Source: Neodothiora populina
Taxonomy: Eukaryota
Length of the DNA: 64,000 nucleotides
Direction of reading: 5' to 3'
NCBI RefSeq assembly: GCF_041146345.1
Contig: NW_027191405.1
Span: 1,488,001-1,552,000, forward strand
Below the pieces are notes generated by a model. It worked only from the letters and a program-made list of their open reading frames with translations, was not told the origin of the DNA and did not search any database. Of this stretch, positions 47,450-59,442 are shown one piece after another. The stretch's first letter is position 1, and each line of letters opens with the position of its first letter. A program made the position numbers and the translations under genes.

Positions 47450-48080
47450 TTATGCTGCAGTAGGCATAGAAGGGTCGGCGACGGCTCGTCTCATCATCGC
47501 GGCCTCTCTGTCGGCCATCTCAAATGGATCGCCGTAACGAGCTATAAGGATGTCAGATGTATGGTTCCGTAAGCCGTTTCCCTGGGCCGGTAAAGTGGCG
47601 AGATGACTCACTACCGACTGTCCTATCTTTGTTGACAACACCCTGTTCCCAGGACCGACCGGCTTCCTCTTGGGCTTTTCTGTTTTGCCAGGCATAACCT
47701 GGTGCATCCTCGGGGCACGTGTAGGAATAGCCACTAGCAGCATGGACCTTGGGTGGCAATGAATGTGCTAGAGTAGAAGCCGGCGTCTGGTCACTGCCTG
47801 CTACATCGGTGCGCACACCGTTGGCCTGAATAGTCATACTGGACTCTTCCGTACTGGTGTCTAAGAGATCACGGGGTCGCTTCCCGTTGGCGTTCGCACC
47901 AGAAGCAGCGAGGGCTACTGTGGGCATAGCAGAGGCAACAGGGTCCGAGTGGAGAGACACGCCTCCCTGTGAGTCGGGGGGAGAGAGCTCAGATGGGAGA
48001 AGGCGTTGTGTGGGTGGTGTTGAGGGGCGATCGATGGCTTCGTCTGGAGTTGCTAGATCCACCTCGTCTGTGGTATTCAT
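47450..48080 (-). CDS. Hypothetical protein (~186 aa), disordered N-terminus, compact C-terminal motif
   Basis: ORF with intron 47542-47611 (GTGAGT..CTGAC..TAG) joins EDAPGYAWQNRKAQEEA..W..VVNKDRTVG to TRYGDPF. Confidence 0.72.
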
Positions 48081-48387
48081 CTGACTGTCACCGTCCGTGT
48101 CGGTAAAGCTGAAGTCTGTTCCATTTTTGTCGACTTAGCGAAATGGCAAGAGGGAATGAGGATCGCATCGCGACAAGAGTGTATCGTAGAAATAAACATC
48201 ACTTCTAATTCGGGGACTTCAATGCCGACAGAGGAGACATGGAGATGTGTGGGCAGGTAGTCCTTACTTGACATGATCAATTTGTGATATTTGAAATGAG
48301 ATCGTGTGAATTGATAACTTAAGAGATATGGGCGAGGACTTCGAACATGGGAAAGGGCAAGAGAGCACGAAAAGAAGAGGAAGAAGC

Positions 48388-48424
48388 TGATGATGATGAT
48401 GATGATGATGATAATGATAATGAT
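48388..48424. repeat. (GAT)n microsatellite
   Basis: Tandem GAT/AAT units read directly. Confidence 0.88.
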
Positions 48425-48879
48425 ACAAAACAGTGTTTCACTAACCTTCGAAACGCTGGAATGGATGCTTTGACTGCCGTGCCTGCCCTGGCTGGTTGCT
48501 ATTGCTTGCACCTTCCACCCTCCGACCCAGCTGGAGCAGAAGAAGGTTCGCGCGTTGATCCAAAAGGGCAACAGTCAAAGCATGACGTCGTGGGGAAGCG
48601 AGACTTGGCAGATAAAGCGGCCAAAAGTGCCTAAAGTGTGGGGCAGTCACGGTCAATAAGTGTGCCAATTGCTGCAACACCTGATGTTGTGGATTTCCGG
48701 CTCTATATCAGCAGGATCCAAGCAAAGGCGATACACCGAGTACTCCCACTACGAAGTATTCCTGAAGCCAGGGATAGGATAGGATACTGCTTTGCACAAT
48801 AATTTATGCCATTCATCCTGTGCATCCTTTCCTCAGTCGTAGGGACCTGCCCGAGCGGTAGTCCAACAAACCAGAAAAG

Positions 48880-49709
48880 ATGGGCAAAGTCCCCGATGCA
48901 TGGGATGATGATTGGGTAAATGTAGCTGATGTAATTCTCCCATTCTTTTTTCTGTGTATGAAATGTATATGAAATGCGTTGCTAACTTCTGCCAGACATC
49001 CACAATTGATACCGAACCCCAACAACCCATTAAGATATCTCGTGCAGAACGCAGAGCCCAACATCAGGAAGCCAACAAGCAGCTCTGGCAAGCCGCCGAA
49101 GAGCCCGAACGCTTCAGTTTCCTCGAGACCAAGACCGCCGCTACCCCTGTCAGGACGGCCGACTTCAAGCCTATCGTCACTGTGCTCAGTCGAAAACCTC
49201 AAAGTGCCAAGACAACCAAACAATCTGGCAGTAGCACGCCAGCTGCTGTTCTGGACGATGGCGATGACAGCGAGGAAGAAGAGAGAAAGAGAAGAGAAGT
49301 CGACTTCTTAGAGAGGCAGCGCAAGGCCACCATCGAGCGAGAGGAAAAGCAGAGAAAGTACGCCGAAGTCCGTCAACGTTTGTTCGGATCACCAGCACCA
49401 TCCTCTCCCAATCGCGACTCTTCGGCTGCATTGCAAAACCGCAATTTCGACTCCAGAAATTCTTCTCGCAGAGGTCGTGCTCGTGGTGGCAAGGACAGTC
49501 GCCCCTCGTCTGCTGCACACTCGCCCGCCCAAGTCACACCCCCTCAGAAGCAGCTCTTTGACCCAGCGTACACCTCGAAGCCTGCTTCTCAGAGCCCACG
49601 ACCTCGTCCACCACGGGAGGAGCAACCTATCCGAGCCCCACGGGGTCCAGACGGTAGCGGTCGGGGCGGATTCGGCTTCGCTCCTCGAGGTGGGAGGTCC
49701 GTCGCTTGA
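48880..49709 (+). CDS. SUZ / SUZ-C domain RNA-binding protein (SZRD1-like)
   Basis: MGKVPDAWDDDW | intron 48931-48995 | ..EREEKQRKYAEVRQRLFGS..PIRAPRGPDGSGRGGFGF. Confidence 0.85.
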
Positions 49710-50606
49710 GTCTTGATCGATTTATTAGTCTTTATCCAAGTCTGACAATTACAGCTTCTCCGAACCAGGAATGGTTGATGAGTCCTGGACGAAACTCCAG
49801 GACTACTACACACGAGATTTCCTGGGTCATATCACATCTAGAAACCTCGACCATGGAGTCTTGTCTTGTCAATAATCTGACGTTATCCATTGACTGTCAT
49901 ACACATCGCACACTGCCTCTCATGTCACTCATGCTGGCGTGCGCAGGAGTCACAAGTTCTATGGTATGGTTCGAACAATCATTCGAGGCTGGTCACGCTT
50001 GAGTAACCAGCATTGGCACCGAGGCAGCTTTGCAAGTTGCTCTATTATACTTTGGTGAGCACATGCTCCCGCTCGTGTGAGATTGCTCATGGGCCGCCAT
50101 CGTCCTGCACCGACGACTGCAACCGTTGCATCGCAAATACCAGTCGCATTTATTAAGAGGGTACTTGAACGACTTTACCTTGCATATCCTCTGCTTCACA
50201 AGGAAGCTTGACAGCGACCTTCGATCCGCAAATACTACAATTCTGAATCGACTGGTTGCGGCTGTTTGTCCATCCATCACAATCCAGGCCTTATCATCGT
50301 CGGAATTCGTCTCGCTTATATCGCAATCGAAACATTGCCGAGAGCCGATATTTTCTCGGCGGATGATCTTCGTTTCAAGCCCCGGTTAAGCCCGTTTCAG
50401 GCCCTTCACCCATACCGCCAAGAAAATTGTATCCGCATAATCAGGACCTCGTCGTAAGACCACTGAACAACACAGCGATGAGATCGCGAATGAAATGCCT
50501 TTAAAGAGCTTGTGGGAATCCTATCGCTTTCCATTTCTGCTCCCTTATATCCGCCGCTCTTTTCAAGTCACTCATTCGTTCGCTTGTTTTTCTATTCTTG
50601 GACATT

Positions 50607-51428
50607 ATGTCTTCCACATTCACTAAAGTACTTGCCCTCAGCGCTCTGGCAGCGCCGGCACTTGCCTTCCCATGGGGTTCATGGGACACAATCTCTCGCG
50701 CGGCATCTCAGCCGGCTACAGACCTTTGCGGTAATTCGGACAGCCTGATTCTATCAGGAACACCATGGATTGTTTTCAATATGCTATACAATGCCAATCA
50801 AATGGTTGGCACCCAATGCACCAATTATGGCTCGCAGACTACTTCCACTAGCGGCACTGCCGAGGTCGTTTGGTCTAGTGTCACGGATATTCAATACGTC
50901 GAAGCAACCAACAACGTTCCCAAGGGGTATTCCTTCATCGGTCTCACCCAAAATCTTGAGACTCAGATCTCCGCGATCAAGTCTATTCCTGCTACCTATG
51001 AATGGACCAGATCGAACAGTACAGCTTTCAAGGGCAATGTCTGCTTCGACTTCATGACCTCGGACACCAAGGGTGACAGCACGTCCTCATCCGCTCACGA
51101 GCTCATGCTTTGGCTGCAGTATGAAGGTGGTCAATTGCCCATTGGCTGGCCCAGTGGCCCTGTCGCTACCATCGATAACCTCTACGGCACTTCATGGAAG
51201 CTTTACGAGGACAAGAACACGGATACCGGCATCACGGTGTCTTCGCTTCTTCCTGACAAGCAGTTCACGGGTTCTTTCTCAGGGGACATCAAGGACTGGC
51301 TCGAGGCCATGGTCAACCACGGTACCTTCAAGGAGAGTACCTATGTTAACGTCGGAAACGCGGGTACCGAGTTCTTCTATGGCAACAGCGTGATGAACGC
51401 GACTGTAGGACTTCAAATCAACCTTTAG
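50607..51428 (+). CDS. Secreted GH12 endo-beta-1,4-glucanase/xyloglucanase
   Basis: Signal peptide, NVCFDFMT, HELMLWL (nucleophile Glu), GGQLPIG, AGTEFF (acid/base Glu). Confidence 0.88.
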   Translation: MSSTFTKVLALSALAAPALAFPWGSWDTISRAASQPATDLCGNSDSLILSGTPWIVFNMLYNANQMVGTQCTNYGSQTTSTSGTAEVVWSSVTDIQYVEATNNVPKGYSFIGLTQNLETQISAIKSIPATYEWTRSNSTAFKGNVCFDFMTSDTKGDSTSSSAHELMLWLQYEGGQLPIGWPSGPVATIDNLYGTSWKLYEDKNTDTGITVSSLLPDKQFTGSFSGDIKDWLEAMVNHGTFKESTYVNVGNAGTEFFYGNSVMNATVGLQINL

Positions 51429-51992
51429 ATAGATGGACTATGATCTTGTTGAATGTTGAAGTGAGTGCAGTCAATCGACAGGTCGCGCGTTTCGACGTCT
51501 CATGGATACAGACAGGACTTCGAGGTTAGTTCGTCTTTTTCGCGTACCGCTCGAGTCCGTGCCGTGCTAGACGTGGACGACGAAGCTAGGTGACAGATTT
51601 TGCAACGATCAATAAAGCGAATATGAAAAGTATTTTGCATGCATGACATTGTCAATATGGCCGGGATAATAAAGTTCGTCTCGAAATCAACAGCTTTTAT
51701 AGCATGCTATATGAAGATTGGGTGACAGTAATCTCGATGGTCCAATCGCCATATGCCCCTTTTACACCATCTGAATGAATCTATTCCTCGGTTTGATGAA
51801 GTGGCCCTTCTTAGGCTGTTCTAGAGTCGAAGTAGGTGCAGCTTTGTGCGAGAAATATGGTGGTTTTCTTGCATCATCCTGTTTCCATGCACAATTAACA
51901 AATGGAGTGTTATCACGATTAGATTAATCCTTGCCGCGTTCTCTGCGCTGTCTTCTCGGTTAGTTATTTCTTTGTCCCCTGAGCCTAGGTGT

Positions 51993-52985
51993 GGCTAATA
52001 CTTGTACCGTACTATGTGAAAGTGTTCAGACTACACACACCTGCAATATAGTGTGTCACATAGTATACCGCCCCTTGCGTGAGTCAATGCTGTGACTTCT
52101 AGTTGCAATTCTCCGCCTGCTTATTGCTATAGTATGGAACAGCAGATTTTGCGAACACTTTATCTAGCTTTGTACACATACTATCGATTCAGGGTCGGTT
52201 TTGCCACGTTGCTCTTTAGCTGAAAGGTCGAACAGTTCTTCAAAACGTGTCTGAGGCGTTTCTGTTCGCGAAGTCACCCCGCTATGGACGCAGTCCGCCC
52301 ATAATGCCGCACCAACAGCGAATGAGATGCTGATGGAAGGACTTTGAGGACTAATCACATGTTGATCAATTCATTGAGTAAGTTCGGATATATTGCCGTG
52401 CAACCCACGTGCACTGCTCACGCCAATGGAGTCATCTATGGATCAGCCAGGTCCCTACTCGAGGACTTCTCTAATCATCCGAATGAGCAGCACGCATTTA
52501 GCGGGAGCCCAGTGTAGGAGATTCAGACAACTTTAGCGAAGTGTCGCGTGCACTGAGCCTCCAGCATGTTTCCCATCCCGAATCGCACACAAGCTTGCGG
52601 GGAAATTTGTCTCAGCTTGATTGTCTCGGTCAATTTCTCCTCATTGTTCATACTGTTCCTTGTGACCAAGTGTGATCTCTTTGCATATTGCCATCGGGAT
52701 GCACGAGATTAGCCGCTTGCTATCGAATATAAGCTAATTGGAAAAGCATTGCGGCACGCGATGTAGCGCAGGACAAGCTTTTGAGCTTGGCTAGACGTGG
52801 GATGCACATCCGTTCTAGAGCCGGCGTTGCTCTCACTTATGGACCACCATGAAGTGACCGAGTCTGAGGTTTGCAAGGCGGCACACCTTTAGCTGGTGTT
52901 TCACACATAGGCAAGTTACATGAAGCTGCTGTCGGCGCTACTGTGAAGAAACGTGCACTGTAGACAACCTCGAAGGAGTATATAG
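51993..52985 (+). promoter_or_regulatory. Putative pectin methylesterase promoter with XlnR-like and CreA-like sites
   Basis: GGCTAA 51993-51998, TTAGCC 52709-52714, GGCTAG 52789-52794; SYGGRG matches at 52111-52116 (reverse) and 52597-52602; TATA-like TATATAG at 52979. Short motifs that could occur by chance. Confidence 0.3.
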
Positions 52986-53115
52986 TAAGTGCCTCATGCC
53001 CATGCAAGGCAGGGATCTATCACTCTTCATACAGCTTTCTCTATCCCTATCATCTTTTTCCTGTAGCCGGTCTACAGTGCCCTTCGTTCAAGACTTTCGC
53101 TTCAATCAAGCAATT

Positions 53116-54201
53116 ATGCTCTTCAAGGCAGCCTTCGTGCTGCTCAACCTGGGTCTAGCCTTTGCGGCACCCACTCCTGCTAAGGCCGCCGCCAAGAGCG
53201 TCCGAACCAGCGCTCCATCTGGTGCTCTCGTCGTCGGCAGCGGTGGTAAGTACACCAAGATTCAGGATGCTGTCAACGCTCTCTCTACTAGTTCGACCAC
53301 TGCACAGAGCATCTTCATCGAGCCCGGCACCTACAACGAGCAGGTCTACATCCCGTCTCGCAAGGCTGAGTTGACCATCTATGGCTACACCACCGACACT
53401 TCCTCGTACGAAAACAACAAGGTCACCATCACCCACGCCATTGCCTACAAGGATGTCACCACCGACGACTTGACCGCCACCCTCCGTGTCTGGACCGAGA
53501 ACTTCAAGATGTACAACGTCAACGTCGCCAATACTGTTGGTGCTGCTGGTCACCAGGCTCTCGCTCTCTCTGCTTACAAGGGTGTAAGTAAATGCCTAAG
53601 GCCTTGGCGATGGTTTCTCGTTCGCTGATACGTTCCTTTTGTGTAGAACCAAGGTTACTATGGATGCAAGTTCACCGGTTTCCAAGACACCATCCTTGCT
53701 CAGTCCGGTGCTCAGCTCTACTCCAAGTGTTACATTGAGGGTGCCACCGACTTCATCTTCGGACAGCACGCTCAGGCTTGGTTCACTGGCTGCGATATCC
53801 GCCTTGCCGAAGCCACTCTCGGTTACGTGACTGCCTCTGGACGTCCCTCTTCTTCGGACGGCAGCTACTATGTCATCGACAGCTCCAACATCGCTGCCGC
53901 CTCTGGTGCTACCATCAAGAAGGGTGCCTTCTACCTCGGTCGTCCTTGGGCTGCCTACGCTAGAGTCATCGTCCAGAACACTTCAATGACCGATGCTATC
54001 AACAGCGCGGGCTGGGCTGAGTGGAACCCTACTACCCCCAACACCGCAGACGCAACCTTCGAGGAGTACAACAACAGCGGCGCAGGATCCGAGGGAACCA
54101 GAGCCAGCTTCTCCAAGAAGATCTCCAAGGCCATTGCCATCACCACTGTTCTTGGCAGCAACTACGCCTCGGCTTCCTACGTCGATTCCAGCTACCTCTA
54201 G
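53116..54201 (+). CDS. Secreted pectin methylesterase (CE8)
   Basis: Signal peptide, PGTYNEQV, QALAL, GFQDT, IEGATDFIFG, YLGRPW; intron 53584-53646. Confidence 0.96.
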
Positions 54202-54764
54202 ATGTGTCTGCAAGGCAGCTTCACATGCATATTGGTAGCACATGGGAGATGGGATGGAGAAGGCAAAAGTCAAAATCGAGGAGAAAATAGGGCTCGTGGT
54301 TCGCTTCTGGCAGTTATCTTGAAATCGAGAGTATACGTTCCATGTCCCAAAGCATCGTCCATAGTAATAAGTAATCGCCGTTCAAGGTAGTCACAAGGGA
54401 GTACATCTTTACAGTAGAAATCATAATTGAGCAAAACAAAATACCGTTCCAGGTATGCAGTGATATCTGATTGACTATACAACGAACAATGAGACTTTCG
54501 CTTACCAGCACCACTCGCCTTTTCCCCACACGGAAACCCCGCATCGGTCATGCATTCCCGAAACAGCCAAGATGGAATACGAAGTAGACGCGACATTCAG
54601 AAATCGGGCACTTCTCGCGAAGCCTTCGATTGTATAAATTGATGGTTTGTGTATGTCGCGACATTGACGAGTAGAATCGCACACCCGAAACAGGTTGACT
54701 TGTTCATATCAGGATCTGATTTGCAAGACTCACAAGAGAGACTCGAATCGGACTGCAGTTGTGT

Positions 54765-57607
54765 ATGGCTTCATACGCAGGCCCTCCTGGGGGTCAGTAT
54801 AGTCGACCTTCCGCGAAGAGAAAGAGCATGGAAGACGATGGCAACGGCAGTGGCCCAGGAGAGAAAGATGGAGAGAGCGGTTCAGGCGGAGGAGGAAAAG
54901 GCGCAGCGGCAGCACAAGGACGCGCGAAAAGGAATCGTTATATCTCCATAGCATGGTATGCAATGTCCCAGAAAGTCCTGAAAAACAACATATCCTTTTG
55001 TTTCACTATCGTGAGATCGTGTGCTGATAGAGGCCATTTTGGGCGGGCGTGGTAATAGCAATGAATGCAAGAGACGAAAAATCAAATGCAATGGTCAAAC
55101 ACCATGCCAGCGATGTGGGAACCTCAACTTGGAATGTATATATGCGCCCAATTGCTGCTCGACCAGTTTCAAGGACTCGGAGGAGTATAGGACCATGTCG
55201 CAACAGATCAGCAAACTTCAGGATCAGGTCGAGACGCTGTTCGCGAACCTCAATGCCATGCGCACTATGCTGGCGACATCGCAGCCTCAGATTGATCCTG
55301 TGTTGCAGCAGGACTCGATGCTGAATGACCCTCGCTCTGCCGTGAATGCACAGGCTGCACCAGACCTGTTAGCACCGCCGTCTGCTGCTCGTGGCCCATT
55401 GCGTACCCCAGATGCACCAAAAGCGCCGCTTCGCCCTACGTTTGCTGGGCCTACGAGCACGCAGTTCAATCTCGGCGTCGCGAAAGACAGCCTGAAGTCC
55501 ATGGGAATCACCCCTACCGACGATGGCGCCACCGGCTCAAACACGAGAGACGTCTCGCCATCACACAGCCCTCCGTCAGAATTGACCATACATCCCGCCA
55601 AAGACCCCATCTGGCTGATCTCGCGTCAAGAGGCCATACGTCTGGTCCGGGTCTACGAAGACGAGATGCACTCGATGTACCCTACGCTGCGCATCCCTCG
55701 CCTGATCGCTCATATCAATTCTCTCTACACGTGGATGGAAGCTGCGCTACGGAACGGCTTCGTTCAGACGAACATGCCGGGATCGGATAGCATTGACGAT
55801 GAAAATACCAATATTTTGAAGTTGGTCATGTCTACTGCTATGGTACTCGAGGGAAGAGGCAAGAGCAACTTGGGGAGGAGAATGTACACGTATGTTCAGC
55901 CATCTGTGGATGCGTTGTTGCTTGGACATGCTGGATTCAAGGGTGTTCGGATGCTTGCGCTCGCGGTATGTGAACCTAGTACGATTCCTTTTGTTGATCT
56001 TTTACTGATATCTTGCAGGCCATGTACGACTTCCATTGCGACAACGAGGCAAGATCATGGCGCGTTATTGGGCTTACAGTCCGTCTTTGCATCGAATTGG
56101 GCCTGCACAAGAGAGAGACGTACGATGCGTTGCCTGATGAAGAGCGTCAATCGATTGTATTACTCTTCTGGGCCATCTATTGTCTTGACAGGAGATGGAG
56201 CTTCGGCACCGGCATGCCTTTTGCATTGCAAGACTCCGACATCGACCCGGATCTACCAAAGCCAGTGAGTCATCGCACATTCCAAACCCTCTGACTTGGT
56301 CTTGACTGACAGCCGCAAAGGACGAGAATTCATCTCCTTACCTCACGGCTATGATAGCGCACTTCGCTATAGCCAGCAAAGTGTGGCACACAATGGGGAC
56401 AGACACGTCCAAGAAGCAAGTGAGCAGCGAAGAGATTGCATATCTCGACTTCCAGATTGTGAATTGGCATCGAGCATTGCCCGACCTCCTCCGCTACGAA
56501 GGGCTCTTCCCCGGTGCTCCGCTATCGTCACGTCAGGGCTCCGAGAACAAGCCCCTGACACAGGGCCAACACCGCCTCCAGATAATTTTGTACTTGCGCA
56601 AAAACGCCATGCGCATTCTCATCTACAGACCAGTCCTGCACTCCGTCAGCTCTATCCTGTACAACAGAGAACAGGCGCAGACGGTCGTCGATGTCGCCAA
56701 GGACACAGTCCGGATGCTGACCATGCTGAACCAGACCACGAGTCTGTACCGCACATCACAAGCGCTCTTCAACGCTTTTCTCACTTCAGCCCTGGCTGTC
56801 TTGTTTCTAGCCGTCTCTCATACACCAGCGATGTTTGCGGAACAAGTGCGAGAAGAATTCTACATGGCTCTTGAACTGGTGCGAGGCTTCAGCAAAGACA
56901 GCTGGGTCAGCAAAAGGCTATGGAAGACGATAAGGGTACTAAAGGAAGTAGGACCCAAGCTGGGACTCGTCATGCAGCCGCAGCAAGACCAGCGAAAACC
57001 CTCTTCAGGCATTCTCGAAAGCACCCAACAACAAAGCCTCTCCTCGCCTCGCATCTCCCACTCCTCACTATCTCGACGATCCCAACAACAGCAACTACAC
57101 CAGCAACAACTCCAGCAGCAAATGAGCAACACCCTACACGAAGACCCCTCCCACTCAGCAGCAGTGGCAATGGCCGGGCTAGCAGGCCACAACGTCGACG
57201 AATCAGCCATATACAACAACGCCAACAACAACAACATGGCGTCCAACGCCTCCGTCGCAGGCCCCGCAACGCCCCTCTGGGCATCTGTTTCGACAGTCTC
57301 CTCTGGCTCGCCCGACGTCATGGTCAGCGACTTGACGCGCCTGTTCGAGGCCGCGGGCGCGAGCACCGCCGCCGCCGCTGCTGCTGCTGGTATTGGGGCA
57401 CAGCAATATAGCGGGTTCAATGGTATCGACGGGGCTGTCGGGCCAGGGGTCAACGGGCCTGCTGCTGGCCCCCCGGGTGGATATGACATGATGAACAGAA
57501 GCGAAGATGACGCGAGGACACAACAGCAGCAGGAGCAGGGACTTGCGGAGTTTGTGGGATTTGGAGATGAGGATGAACTGAGTAGGATTATGAGGGATTT
57601 GTTCTGA
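54765..57607 (+). CDS. Zn(II)2Cys6 transcription factor with fungal-specific TF domain (possibly RhaR/PDR-1-like)
   Basis: RAKRNRYISIAC | intron 54956-55058 | NECKRRKIKCNGQTPCQRCGNLNLEC. Middle domain CIELGLH..FWAIYCLDRRWSFGTGMPF; further introns near 55965-56018 and 56265-56320. Confidence 0.9.
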
Positions 57608-58307
57608 TTTTTATCTCTTTTTTGTTTATCTCTCCGTTATGCTTCTGATCAGGCAAGGAAAGTTGTGGCAAGGAATGGGTGGTATGAGGGGTGCCAAAGG
57701 GGAATTATTAGGGGGAACTTTCCTTCTATCCTTCGTCTTTGGTTGTTCGAGCTGATGATCTTTTTCTCTCTACATAGATGTCGTGTCTTATTGATGATCT
57801 GTAGATATCATGTCTTGACGTCTGGTAGATATCGTATTACGGCATTTACACGGTCGATGGATGCTATACAGTACATACATATATACACACATGAGTATTG
57901 CAAGACCTGGACGCAGCGACCACGGGGTCCAGATACTGGCAATAGATGCGTCTCACGACGATACCGCACATGTGCTAGCCTGATACTGTGCTTCTTGGCC
58001 TGAGAAGAGGATATGGCGGTGTCTCAAACGCAATGATTGACACCAAATGCAGTTGTAAAAGTGATGTTCATTAAAAAGGGTTTGAATCTCAGGTTGTTGA
58101 TTCATTATGTGTTTTCTGGCTTCTGTCTAGTCTTGTCCTGTGTTCGCACATGCCCGTTCTTCATATATTGATTACTCCGTATATATTCGCCAGCTGGTTT
58201 CTAGATATTGTGTATTTCGTGAGCCTCATGGACTAGCTTTTCTTTTGTCATTCTCCCTTTTCATTCCTTCCTTGTCCTAGATGGACTCATGGTTTCAGTT
58301 CGCCGTC

Positions 58308-58655
58308 TCAGTGTCTCCACCATTCCTAGCACATGCAAAGTCAGCCTCTACAAAACTCCAATCTCTCTCCTCAACCCTCGCCTTTCCCTCCATAGCCCCC
58401 CAAAAGAAACATGAGAACCAGAAAAACAAGAGAAGAGAAACAAACCTTCATATCCCCAACAACAGCATTAGCAGCATCGGCGCCCAACGTAGCTCCAAAC
58501 CCAAACATGGCAGCGTTGGCCACTTTGCCTCCGTAGGTCCGCATGTAGTGGTGGCACTCGTGCTTCTTGTGCTCTTGCTCGAAGACGCCGCGATTCTGCT
58601 CGGGGGTTTGCGCGTCTGAGGGGACGGTGGGGAAGGCGGGCGCTTGGGCTGACAT
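58308..58655 (-). CDS. 75-aa microprotein with a Gly/Ala-rich motif like the Pin3/Lsb1 C-terminus
   Basis: AAAATG start at 58655; intron 58326-58445 (GTTTGT..GCTGAC..TAG). Product ends YGGKVANAAMFGFGATLGADAANAVVGDMK|EWWRH*. Confidence 0.7.
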
Positions 58656-58809
58656 TTTTTTTTCTTTCTTGCTCTTGAGTGGCGCTTTGGGGGTAGATGG
58701 GCGGTGGTGTTGGTTGGATGGTCTCAAAGAGAGTTGGAGATTTTGTGGTGGGAGATGGGAGAAGGTGGATTGGGTAAGGGTTTCGAGTGAGGCGTTGTTT
58801 CGATGGGTG

Positions 58810-58849
58810 GTGATGATGATGATGATGATGATTATGATGATGATGATGA
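58810..58849. repeat. (GAT)n microsatellite
   Basis: Tandem GAT units with one interruption. Confidence 0.88.
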
Positions 58850-59442
58850 GGAATTGACAGTGGTGTATATAACAAGCTGGTAAATGGTAGACAAGAAGTA
58901 AGAAAGAGAGGAAGAAGTATCAGGGTGTTAGTGAATCGGATAGTCTTAACGTTTCCATCTGCATGCCAGCTACCCTACCTACAGTACCTACCTTGAAGCT
59001 GGCCTGGTCTCTAGCAAGCCTCTCTCTTTCTCTAGCAGAGACGACTCACACGGGTTGGGGTTTACGAGATGTCTACCTTACATCATTGCTTGCTTGCTTT
59101 CCCGGTACCAGAACCAGAAAATGAGGTCACAGTGGGGTTTACTTTTCTGCTTGTAACGGGTCCTGGTCCGGAGTTTGCGGAGTTTATGTTGGCGACGGGA
59201 ATGGGTGGGAATAAGGTGGGTACTGGAGCTTAATGGTGATGGGAGCTTGGGAGATTGGACATGGGAGGATAGCAGTGGTGAATTTGTGGTAGTATTGACG
59301 ATTTACGGATAGATCAGCTCTTGGGAGAAACCGGAGTTTGGAAAAACAGAAGCGGTTGCTCCGTTGTAATACAACTCTGGCTTCTACTTGAGCGTCAAGG
59401 GTAGATATAATAAAGTACAGACTTCTTCGTACATATATATCA

